64,000 nucleotides of DNA from Octopus sinensis. Its lineage: Eukaryota. The notes under the pieces were generated by a model. That model was not told the DNA's origin. It made no database searches and saw only the letters and a program-made list of their open reading frames with translations. Location: NCBI RefSeq assembly GCF_006345805.1, contig NC_043004.1:14384001-14448000 (forward strand). The letters are read 5' to 3'. Positions 24,461-35,944 of the stretch are shown here, piece by piece (the stretch's first letter is position 1; each line of letters begins with the position of its first letter). Made by a program: the position numbers and the translations under genes.

Positions 24461-24760
24461 ATTTTAATCCAAACGGGAAACAAAAACAACAACAATGGAA
24501 CAATTACAGTATTATTATTAATAGGCGCTCAGGAAAAGGAAGCAGGGAGGTATGACGTTTCGAGCGGAGCTCTTTGTCGGAAACATAAAGGAGGAAGAGA
24601 GAGGAAAGAAAGATCCCAGAGCGGGCAACAGGGAAGAGAAAAAAGACGACTGGTGTTTACGAGTTGCACATGGTGAAAGGCGGATGTTTACGAAAACAGA
24701 GCAAAGTGGGTTTTTAAAGGCAAAAGAGTGGAGACAAGGTTGGTAACGCAACAGATGTGT
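24460..24760 (-). mobile_element. Probable Penelope-like (pLTR-derived) non-autonomous fragment
   Basis: Minus strand has CCGACAAAGAGCTCCGCTCGAAACGTC, the core-stem-GAAACGTC arrangement typical of PLE ends. No coding remnant seen. Confidence 0.45.
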
Positions 24761-25319
24761 GTGTATGTGTGAGTGTGTGCGTGTGCGTGTGTGTATGTGT
24801 GTGTGTGAGGCGAGATGAAAAAACAAAAAAATATATATGTGTTTGTTAGTGTGTGCGCCTGTGTGTAGGCGTGTGAGGTAGGGCGAGAACGTGGTCAGCT
24901 TAGCAGACAAAGGTCAGTAATAAGAAAAAGAAGGAAGGAGGAAGGGAGGGAGGGGAAGGGGTGGGGGCGTATGTAGCGTGCCAGCGTGTGTTGAGTAGTA
25001 GTGTGTGTGTGTGTCCAGTGTCGTGGTGGTATAAATGGCGAGTAGATTGAATGTGTGTAAGAGTAATGTATATATTTAAGCAATGTGTGTATATGTGTGC
25101 GCGTGTGTGTAACGAAAAAAGGGGGGGGTTAAGGAAAAAGGACTCCAGCTGAGGGGAAGATGGAAGAGTGGTCCCGCGGAGGCGGGCGTGGGAAAACCCA
25201 ACGACACGCGACGGTCCCAGGAACGGGCGGGAGGTCTTGTCGGTTCCAAGAGCGAGGTGCCTGCGGAGCGTATGCGTACGCGAACCGGCGCAAGCGCGTG
25301 CGTGCGCGAGCCTGCGAGT

Positions 25320-26845
25320 ATGTGCGTAAGTATTTATGTGTGTGGATGTGTGAGTGTGTCTGTGTGTATGTCCGGGTGGCAGTGTGTCCGATGAATGTAT
25401 GTGAGTATGTGTGTATGTATGTGTGTGCATAGATGTATGTCCGTGTGTGTGTGTGTGTGTGTATGTGTGTGAGTGTGTATGTATGTACGTGTGGGTGTGG
25501 GGAAGTGTGTGTATGTGCATGTGTGTGCGCGTACATACAGGTGTGTGAGTGAGTGTGTGTGTGTGTTGTATGTGTGAGTGTGTATGTATGTGTGTGTAGG
25601 ATGCATGTATGTGTATGGGTGTATGTATGCGTGTGTGTATGTATGTATGTGTACGTGCGTGTGTGTGTGTATGCGTGTAGGTGTGCGCGTGTGCATGCAT
25701 GCATGCATGCATGTGCGTATGTGTGTGTGTGTGTGCATGTGTGTGGGTATATAGGTATGTGCGTATATGTGTGTGTGTGTGTGCGTACATGTGTGTGTGT
25801 GTATGCATGTGTGTGTGTGTAGGTGTGTAGGCGTGTGTGTATAGGTGTATGTATGTAAGTATGTATGGGTGTGTCCGTGTATGTGTGTGTATGTATGTGT
25901 GTGTATGTAGGTGTGTGGGCGTGTGTATATGTGTGTGTATGTAGGTGTGTGGGCGTGTGTATATAGGTGTATTTGTGTATGTCTGGGTGTGTCCGTGCAT
26001 GTTTGTGTGTGTGTGTGTATGCATGTGTATGTAGGTGTGTGTGTACGTGTGTAATGTATGTGTATGCGTGTGTATGCGTGCGTGTGTGTATGTAGGTGCG
26101 TGTGTATGTGTGTGGGAGTGTAGGTGTGTGTGTGCGTGTGCGTGTGCGTGTTTATGTTGGTGTGTGCGTATGTGAGTGTGAGTGTATGGGTGTTTGTCAT
26201 GCATGTGTGTGCGCGTGCAGGTGAGTGTCTGTGTAAGTATGTGTGTGTGTATGTTTGTGTGAGTGTGTATGTGTGTATGTCTGTGTGTATGTATGTGCGT
26301 ATAGGAGTATGTGGGTATGTGTGTGTGTATGTATATGGGTGTATGTATGTATGTGTGTGTGGTGCATGTGTATAAGTATATGTGTGTGTACGTATGTGTG
26401 TATATGTGTATGTGTGTGTGTTTATGTATGTGTGTATGTATGTTGTAGGCGTGTGTGTGTAGATGTATGTATGTATGGGTGTGTGTCCGTGTGTGTTGTG
26501 TGTGTGTGTAGGTAGATGTGTGTGTCTGAGTGAGGGTATGGCTGTGTAGGTGTGTGTGTGTATGAATGTAAGTGTGTGTGTATACAAGTGTAATGTATGT
26601 ATGTAGGTGTGTGTGTGTGTGTATGTGTACGTGTGCGTGTGTATGTGTGTGTGTATGCGTGTGAGTGTGAGTGTATGGGTGTATGTCTGTGTGTGTGTAT
26701 GTCTGAAGTAGGTATGTATGTGTATGTATGTATGTGTGTGTGTGTGTGTGCAGGTATGTGTGTATGTGTGTGTGTGAGTAGGTGTGCGTGTATGTATGTG
26801 GGTAGGGATGCATGCGAGTGTGTGGGTATGTATGCATACATACGC
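25320..26845. repeat. ~1.5 kb degenerate (GT)/(GTAT)/(GTGC) compound microsatellite
   Basis: Directly visible. Source of the 689-aa and 550-aa His/Thr ORFs. Confidence 0.95.
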
Positions 26846-27000
26846 ACGCGCACATCCGAAGCAAGCCCACACACACGAAGCGCGCCCACGCACACAACGC
26901 ACAAGCAGTACAACGCAAGCCCAAGGGGCCGACCAAGCCCCCAGCGCGCGCCAAGGCGCGCGAGCGCAAAGGCCCTCGAACGCCATATATATATATATAT

Positions 27001-27281
27001 CACGCGATCACGTGACCGACCGGACCATCAGATATTGCTACACATCGCTGGTCACAATGCGTTCGCATTGTTTTTTAGCCTTCGATCGACGCCACTCCGC
27101 TGGCTAAGCGAGCAGGCCAACAGAAGAAAGAGTGAGAGAAAGAGTAGTGAACGAATAAAGCAGGGATCACCATCCCCTGCCGGAGGCTCGTGGAGCTTTG
27201 AGGTGTTTTCGCTCAATAAACACACACAATCCTCCGACCGCGAGACCGCTGCCCTAACCACTGGGCCATTGTGCCTCCACC
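27001..27281 (-). mobile_element. tRNA-derived SINE with A box but no B box
   Basis: Minus strand GTGGAGGCACAATGGCCCAGTGGTTAGGGCAGCGG head (similar start to the 4092-4350 SINE) runs directly into TTGTGTGTGTTTATTGAGCGAAAACAC; no GTTCGA-like box in between. Confidence 0.7.
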
Positions 27282-27296
27282 ACATATACATATATA

Positions 27297-27330
<34 letters not shown>

Positions 27331-28014
27331 CTTGTGTGTGTGTGTGTTGTGTGTGTGTGTGAGAGTGTGTGTGTGTGAGAGTGTGTGTGTGTGTGAGTGT
27401 GTGTGTATCCTTCCCTCGTATTTAAACTCTCATGCTAAGTGGCATAGTCATTGATTTCAATTTAAGTAACATAGTGCAACCGATGTTCATGAAACGACAG
27501 CATTTCTATAATTTTAGCAGTAAACATGGAAGTGATTGGTATCTTCTTACTTGGATTCTTTTTGTAACCACAAACTCTCTATTAACGATTTTCCCTCAAA
27601 TTAGCTTCTGTCACGTTAGACTTCTTTAACGCTGTTTCCCTAAATATAAAGCTTTGCAAGGATGGAAAGAAATTTCTAAAGATTCTATAAATTAATTGTC
27701 TATGCGACATTTCCTCTGTCTATTTATACCACTGTGCGACTCATTGTCTTTCTTTCATCCTTTCATTTCTCATTTATTCTTCTGTGTTTTCATCTTTAAA
27801 AAGATAGAATCTACAAGTAAACATATCTACATTTTAAACAAAATATTTGGTACCTCTCGGATATGCATGTTTCCCCAAATATTAATATGTATGATGTGTT
27901 TATATGTACCTCTCAGTGTCAGATAGTATGCATGTTTGAATTATGCATGCATGCACACATACATAACATACATACAGGCATATATATATATATAGTTCTA
28001 GCTTTAAGGTCATC

Positions 28015-28187
28015 GAGAATGGCCTGGCTGGAAGCCCAACGTTCCGAGTTCTTTTACAGGGCTTAGAAAAATTGAAGGGCGACTGCAAAAACTGTGGGAA
28101 TCTGAGAGGGGAATATTTTGAATGAAATTATTATTAACTGATTCCTCTGTATTTTATGTTACCCAGGAACTTTTCAGCATCCCCTCG
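28015..28187 (+). mobile_element. mariner 3' end fragment with right TIR
   Basis: FYRA/GLEKLKGDCKNCGNLRGEYFE* resembles the mariner C-terminus (KL..RW.KC....G.Y.E). Ends CCCCTCG|TA. Confidence 0.7.
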
Positions 28188-28228
28188 TACATATACGTAT
28201 ATATACATAAACGCATACATGATTATGC

Positions 28229-28259
<31 letters not shown>

Positions 28260-28406
28260 CATGTATGTGAGTATACATATATATATATATAATTTAAATT
28301 TTGAATTTTATAATCTATATATTTTGTATATTATATTAATTAATTTTATTTCTATGTATTGGTGTTTTTCACTATTTGATTTGCCTAATAGTGGTTTTAT
28401 CTCTAA

Positions 28407-28475
<69 letters not shown>

Positions 28476-31164
28476 GTCTCATTCTCCTCGGAATAATCAC
28501 AATCACCCATGCAAGTGTGTTTACTAATTTCTTAGGTGCTTATATATATAAACATAATATATATATACATATGTATGCCTATATATATACACATGCTGAA
28601 GTATTTCCCTCTTTCAAGCACGTTTAATCTTGGAGCAGGTAATAGCGTGAAATTATTGGTTAAAAACCCCTTAGAACAGAAATAGGAAGAAGGCTGCCCG
28701 TGGCGCAGAAACCTGCATCGTCTGTAAGCATGACAAGCGTTCTAACACTGGACCAAAGTAATCCTTCAAATTTCTCTAATCCTTTTAGAAACTTTCGTCT
28801 TACCATTGTGAATTGTATGTCGTTAACGTAGTAAGAATTGAGAACTTCGAGAATGTGAGTTAATTGCTTTTTCTGGAATGGTAAAGGCAATCCATTATTT
28901 TACTATAAGGAAGTGTTTGAATTATGAGGCATGCAATATCAATGGCTGCTGCATTTGGAAGATTCGTGTGTCTTTGAGTTCGAGGAAAGTGCTTCTCCTT
29001 GTTTGTAAACTTTTGAACGTTTGTGTTTCTGTGTTTTTCTGTGGTCTACGTCTGTGCATTTGTGTCTGCGTGTATTTGTGCGAGTGTGTGTGTGTGTATA
29101 TGTGTTTGTGTGTATGTTTTTCTGTGAGTGTGTATGTATGTGCTAACTAGAATGTATGCGTGTAACGTTTGGGTTTAGTGAAAGCTTTATGTGTGCGTGC
29201 TCATTGGTGCTTTCATTTGAACGCTTTGCTGTGTGTGTGTTGGCCTCACTGTAACTATAGAAGCAGACGTATATATCTGAGTGTCTAGCTGAGCGGTATG
29301 GTGTATGTGTATGTACATGCGCGACTCTGTTGAGACGAATAAATATGTCGGCCTGCGTGATAAACATTGGGTGTTCCATTTGATTTGTGAATCGTGTGTT
29401 TTATTGGCTGTTATATTGAGGTGAATTCGTGTGTGTAATTGTGTATCTGTGGAGGCAGATGATATGTGATTTGATTTAAAGGAAAGAAAGAAAATAACGC
29501 TGGTTTTCTTTGTGGATTTCTGAAAACGAACTATTCCACGAGAAATAAATAGACTGATTTATTGGATTGCTGTCTGTGTATTTATTTGGGAAAGTACTGA
29601 AGAATTCTGTATTTGGTGGTCACTATGGCGTTATTACCAGGCCACGAATAAAAAGTGTTATTTGAAAAGAAAAGAAAAAACTTGCAGCTGAGAATGTCGA
29701 ACATTCCTTCGAATTTTAACCTTGTAGTTTTCTGAAAACGATCTGCTTAAATGCGAGGTGACATATACAATAAATTACTGCTGTTGATCTATTTTTGATT
29801 TTTGGAGAAGCGCAGTTTCTGCAAAAGTAAAATAACATCACCTAATTAGTGACGAAGTGTAAATAGTTGAAAAAGACTATTTGTAAAGCGTTCTCATAGT
29901 TTTTGCTTTTTAATTTTAAGGCGAGTATTTTTATTTTAGAATTTGTGGTTATATCTTAGCCTCGGTATTCATCAAATTTGATGTAATATTGTTACACTTA
30001 ACAGTTTTTAGCGATACTGATTTTAAGTAAGATTTGAAGCCCATTTCACATTTTGGTTTTGTTTGTCTTCAGAATACTTTGTAACATTTCAGGATGTTTA
30101 TTTAAGTTGTTCACTTGTTTGGGCAGGGAGGTGTTCTGGAAGATTTTACACATTATCTTCTTCACAATTCTGAAGATGTCAGTCAAGAGGAATTTGGAAT
30201 GAGTTCTTGTGCTTTTAAAAATAAGACTATTTCCTCACTCATTAAACATTTCTCACGCTTGAGACGTACATTACTGAATAATTCAACTTCACTGAGCTCA
30301 GTATAAAAAAACCTTCCACGAAATAATCTCTCGATATATATATAGAAAGCTGATACCTATTTCAAATGCCAACATAATCACTCACCAAGAAACAGAGGCA
30401 CAAACGTATAATAATAACTATCAATATTTACTAAATATAAAGAAAATTTTTCTACATTTTCTGCAAGCAAGAAAGAAAAATAATTGAAATATAAATATTC
30501 AGTTCCAGGGCGTGAATATAATTTGAAATGACTTAAACAAAATAACTGAAAAATAAAACAATGTAATAAAATCCTTTAATATGCACTTACACGCTGTCTT
30601 TGAAACTCTATTTAATCTCTTTACCTCGGGCCCCGTAAGGACACAATTTAATTTTTTCTATTAATTTGTTTATTCTCTTGATCAATTACATCCTAATAAA
30701 ATATCTAAGCGCTATCTTTCAAACAATCTCGAAATTATTACACTGCATCTATGCATTCCCTTAAACAAGTTTAAAGAGCCAACGCACATATTTACATTTG
30801 TAAGTACAAAAATGCATACATATATGTGTGTGTATGTGAGTGTACATATATGTATGTAAGTGCGCATACATGTAGGTAAGTGTACATATGTCATATATAT
30901 ATGTATATATACACACATATATGCAAAGATAAATATGTGCATATATGTGTGTGTAGGTGCGAATGTGTGTGTATGTGTTTGTGTGTGTGTATGTATGTGT
31001 GTGTGTGTGTGTGTGTGTGCGTGTGTGCCTCAAGAGACACATTCGTATCCATAGAACATGATTAACGTTTTATTTTACTGAACCCACATTTGTCGTTCAG
31101 GGCAACAGAATCTGTCATATATATATATATATGTGTGTATATATATATATAGAGAGAGAGATAT

Positions 31165-31420
<256 letters not shown>

Positions 31421-31899
31421 ATGCTACATATATTTGTGTTAATAGCAAAAATATTTCCTCTGTTTATCAAAACAGCTGAGTATTTCTCTCCTAATTAAGT
31501 TTTGGACTAAACGTTTCATGGAATGCACTTTTCGAAATAAATTTGAGAAATATTACTTTCTATTAATATTTAATCACATACAATGGGTATTCATGCATAC
31601 ATACATATTTAAATGATATTTACTAAAAACGGGACAAAAATTATATAAATACGATCATTGGAATGATCTTGATGAACAGTTCGAATTGTCAGGAAAATGT
31701 CTTCCACGTTCCCTGTGATTACCGTATATACAAGTGTAAAAGTCGGATTTTTTAGACCATTTTTTGACGTCAAATTTATGGGTACGACTTTTGAGGGGCT
31801 GAAATTGAAGCTAGAATGTGAAGTACCGTATCAGCAGCAGAAGCCCAAATGATCTCTAAGCGAATAAAAGCAAAAACACAACGAATTACAGTAATATAG

Positions 31900-34280
31900 A
31901 TAATAAATCTCTGAACGAGATGTAAGCAATAATAAATCTCTGAACGAGATGTAAACAGTAACCGCTCGACAACGTAAAGTATACTAGCCATCTCAATATG
32001 GCTAACCACTAAGGGTGGGTGTTACTGTAGCTTTTAGCCCCAGGAGATCATCGTCTCCAGCTGGCTTTAGACACACTTTCTGTGTCCTTATGATATTTGC
32101 AAAGGGATGTCATCCCTCTCTCGTAAACCTAAGTGATACGCACGGACTGCAGTTTCGAGGTAATTTGCCTCTTGTCAATGTACGGTAATCACCGGTTTTC
32201 GATGAGAGAAACCTGTTTGCGGATATCTATTTAATGTTTTTCCCAGTAACCACTGTCACTGATTTCGAAAAACTGTCTGAAAGCAATAATAAATCTCTGA
32301 ACGAGATGTAAACTGTAACCGCTCGACAACATAAAGTATACTAGCCATCTCAATATGGCTAGCCACAAAGGGTGGGTATTACTGTAGCTTTTAGCCCCAG
32401 GAGATCATCGTCTCCAGCTGGCTTTAGACACACTTTCTGTGTCCTTATGATATTTGCAAAGGGATGTCATCCTCTCTCGTAAACCTAAGTGATACGCACG
32501 GACTGCAGTTTCGAGGTAATTTGCCTCTTGTCAATGTACGGTAATCACCGGTTTTCGATGAGAGAAACCTGTTTGCGGATATCTATTTAATGTTTTTCCC
32601 AGTAACCACTGTCACTGATTTCGAAAAACTGTCTGAAAGCAATAATAAATCTCTGAACGAGATGTAAACTGTAACCGCTCGACAACATAAAGTATACTAG
32701 CCATCTCAATATGGCTAGCCACAAAGGGTGGGTATTACTGTAGCTTTTAGCCCCAGGAGATCATCGTCTCCAGCTGGCTTTAGACACACTTTCTGTGCCC
32801 TTATGATATTTGCAAAGGGAAGTCATTCCTCTCTCGTAAACCTAAGTGATACGCACGGACTGCAGTTTCGAGGTAATTTGCCTCTTGTCAACGTACGGTA
32901 ATCATCGGTTTTCGATGAGTTTATCTTTATTATGATCAAGTGATCTAACATAGAATGGGTACATTACAGGACAAAACAATTACAAAAATGCTATGCAAGT
33001 TCGAATGAAATTATAAAAATTACAAAAATAAAATTTTACGTAACTTGAACGAAAACTTGGCTTACTTTTGCCTTTATCACGATAACTTTTAGTGCGTATG
33101 TTTTCTTTTTTTTATTATTTCTTTTTTTTAAACAGTTATGTACAGTGAAAGGGAATGGGAGGTACCAGTTTCAATTTTGAACCCGGCAGCCTATAAATCC
33201 CAGCAGCTGATTTTTCCTTTCCTCGATGATTAAGCTGGGTTACTCTCACCCACCTTTCTCATCACATCCTTCCAACGTTCCATATACTCTTTCTGTGGCA
33301 GGCTCCTCCTCTCCAACCCCATCTTGCTCTTCAGATGATATCCGAAGTATTTTAACAAACCGGGGCCAGAGATAAAGGACCCTTTCACAAGACCTTCCAA
33401 TCTAGTTCTCCATACACACTCTTTCAATACTGCCACCGTACAGTAAAAACAGGCCATACCTTCCTTTGAGAGTCCAGTTGGCGGTATCATCTTAATCATA
33501 GATCCAGCCGACAGCTGTACTCGTTCCAGTTGCGACAACACGTGTTCCACGTAACTTATCAAGCCTGACAGCTCCCGACATTGTACAAAAGCGTGTTGAA
33601 CGGTTTCATCGTCCAACCCACATCTTGGACACGTCGGTGGCACTGACATTCCGTGCCTGGATAACTTCTCGCGAAAAGGTAATGCATTCCTATAGCACTG
33701 CCAGGTCAGGGATTTTTGGTAATTATCCAAATACCCCGACCTGAAAGTCTTCTTAAACAGGTTGGAGAGTTGATCCCCATCGAACCCCAGGGCCCTTCCT
33801 AGGACGTCATCATTTTTTCCCTCTACCAGCCCCTTATAGGACACCGAGGTGGTATTCCCGCTGCCGGCCTTGCCCATCTTGTGGATCACATTGGTTTTCG
33901 ATGAGAGAAACCTGTTTGCGAATATCTATTTAATGTTTTCCCAGTAACCACTGTCACTGATTTCGAAAAACTGTCTGAAAGCAATAATAAATCTCTGAAC
34001 GAGATGTAAACAGTAACCGCTCGACAACGTAAAGTATACTAGCCATCTCAATATGGCTAACCACTAAGGGTGGGTATTACTGTAGCTTTTAGCCCCAGGA
34101 GATCATCGTCTCCAGCTGGCTTTAGACACACTTTCTGTGCCCTTATGATATTTTCAAAGGGATGTCATCCCTCTCTCGTAAACCTAAGTGATATCACGGA
34201 CTGCAGTTTCGAGGTAATTTGCCTTTTGTCAATGTACGGTAATCACCGGTTTTCGATGAGAGAGACCTGTTTGCGAAGAT
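31900..34280. repeat. Tandem array of a 356-357 bp unit (about 3.8 copies), interrupted by a LINE
   Basis: Units start GCAATAATAAATCTCTGAACGAG at 31926, 32283, 32639 and 33981. A 26-bp partial duplication lies at 31900-31925. Confidence 0.95.
32920..33892 (-). mobile_element. 5'-truncated L1/Tx1-clade LINE with 13-bp TSD
   Basis: Open ORF2 C-terminus 33889-33230 with LTWQCYRNALP..CPRCG..ETVQHAFVQC zinc-binding motif. 3' AATAAAGATAAA end. TSD GGTTTTCGATGAG at 32907-32919 and 33893-33905. Confidence 0.9.
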
Positions 34281-34284
34281 CTAC

Positions 34285-34856
34285 AATATAGATGTTTTCA
34301 ATCTAATTTGGATTCTTTGCCATCAAATTTGAATTCTTTACAATCAAATTTGAGTTTTTCAATTGGTGCTCAAATCTTGAAAAAAAATGAGAGTTAAACT
34401 ACATCAGCCGTAAGGGAATACATGACTATCTTATCTAACTCGTCCAGTAGAGCCCACCAATTGATATCTGAAAAGTTCGATGAAATAACTCATGAATACT
34501 GCGATAGCTTCTACCAAAAGATGTTCCATTACGTCAACCGGCTTGAACAAGGGGAGATAATAAACGAATCATTCTTTTTCTATTATCTCCCCTTCTTCAG
34601 ACCGGTCGACGTAACGGAGCATCTTTTGGTAGAAGCTATCGCAGTATTCATGAATTATTTCATGAACTTTTCAGATATCAATTGGTGGGCTCTACTGGAC
34701 AAGTTAGATAAGATAGTCGTGTATTCCCTTACGGCTGATGTAGTTTAACCCTTTTTTTTGTTAAGGCTTGGGCACCAATTGAAAAATTCAAATTTGATTG
34801 CAAAGAATTCAAATTTGATGGCAAAGAATCCAAACTAGATCGGAAACATCTATATT
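34285..34856. mobile_element. 572-bp foldback palindrome (MITE-like), ~278-bp arms and 18-nt loop
   Basis: Arm-to-arm complementarity is continuous from AATATAGATG/CATCTATATT to GGGGAGATAATA/TATTATCTCCCC, with scattered mismatches. TA(TA) at both ends. Confidence 0.85.
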
Positions 34857-35486
34857 ACCAATTCTATTTTAATAAATAAAAAATGTTCTCTAGCCGGTAA
34901 ATTAACTGCTGTAGTTTATTAACTGCAGAGTAATTTCCGATCCCAGCGCGCCAAAGTGAAAGATACACATAAATATAATTTGTGGAGCTTTATACATGCT
35001 GGATTTCGGTTTAGCGCCCTGTATCTAGTTCTAGAAATTGTATTTCGTACACGACAGACTACGCTGACGATCTTGAAGGTTTGCGTAACCATATACGTAA
35101 ATATTAGCAAGTGAAACTAATTAGTACATAAGTAATCGTTTTTCATTTCGTATATTTTCATTTGTCTTGCTTACACTTTGGTTTTTTGCTGAATTTTTTC
35201 TTGAGAACACATTATTCGTGGTAAATGGCGAATTTGACGTATTTTTTCTAGCATACAGGCTGTCCACTATTAGTGGTCATTCCTCTAAATTGTGTATGCA
35301 TAAAAATTTTTAATCTTCGGATTTTTTAAAAATATGCTAGGCCACTGGTTTTAATTAATTAATATCAATTTCTACCCTTATTTAATTTTAAATAAAAAAT
35401 GTTCTCTAGCCGGTAAATTAACTGCTGTAGTTTATTAACTGCAGAGTAATTTCCGATCCCAGAGTATATATATATATATATATACA

Positions 35487-35770
35487 TATGTTATAAAAAT
35501 AGTGTTCAGTAAAATAATTTACTTTACCACACGCCGAACTTTTTAGAAATAGCAGCCAAAAATTTTAGCTATTTCTTCTACTGTAAGAAAAATCTCCCAG
35601 ACAATGCATACTCAAAAATAACTCACACAGGTGAGTTATTTTTGAGTATGCATTGTCTGGGAGATTTTTCTTACAGTAGAAGAAATAGCTAAAATTTTTG
35701 GCTGCTATTTCTAAAAAGTTCGGTGTGTGGTAAAGTAAATTATTTTACTGAACCCTATTTTTATAACATA
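35487..35770. repeat. 284-bp near-perfect palindrome (140-bp arms, 4-nt loop ACAG)
   Basis: Arms 35487-35626 and 35631-35770; I counted 2 mismatches in 140. Confidence 0.95.
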
Positions 35771-35944
35771 ATGTTTCAAATATACCGTAAATGGTCTTTT
35801 TACATACTGAACACTACTTGGTAAAATTAATTAATAATTAATTAGTTTTACCCTTTTATTATTGACTATATATATATATATACTCGCCGAAACGCGCGCG
35901 CAATCACGTACACATATACAGACGCATATACGTAATGTGCATGC

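Noticed and set aside
24900-27003. 689-aa, 550-aa and 193-aa His/Thr-rich ORFs
   Set aside because: They are translations of a degenerate GT/GTAT microsatellite that lacks stop codons; no domain structure.
30072-30306. Plus-strand acceptor-like site and 63-aa ORF
   Set aside because: No donor, homology or compositional support; expected by chance in AT-rich DNA.
31720-32186. TA|CCGTA pogo-like left end with a TACGGTA in each satellite unit as a possible right end
   Set aside because: Similarity beyond 7 bp is weak (TACCGTA..ACAAG), not enough to call TIRs.
34422-34748. 108-aa ORF apparently framed by terminal inverted repeats
   Set aside because: The whole region is one palindrome and the ORF crosses its symmetry axis; no recognisable motif, so it is probably fortuitous.
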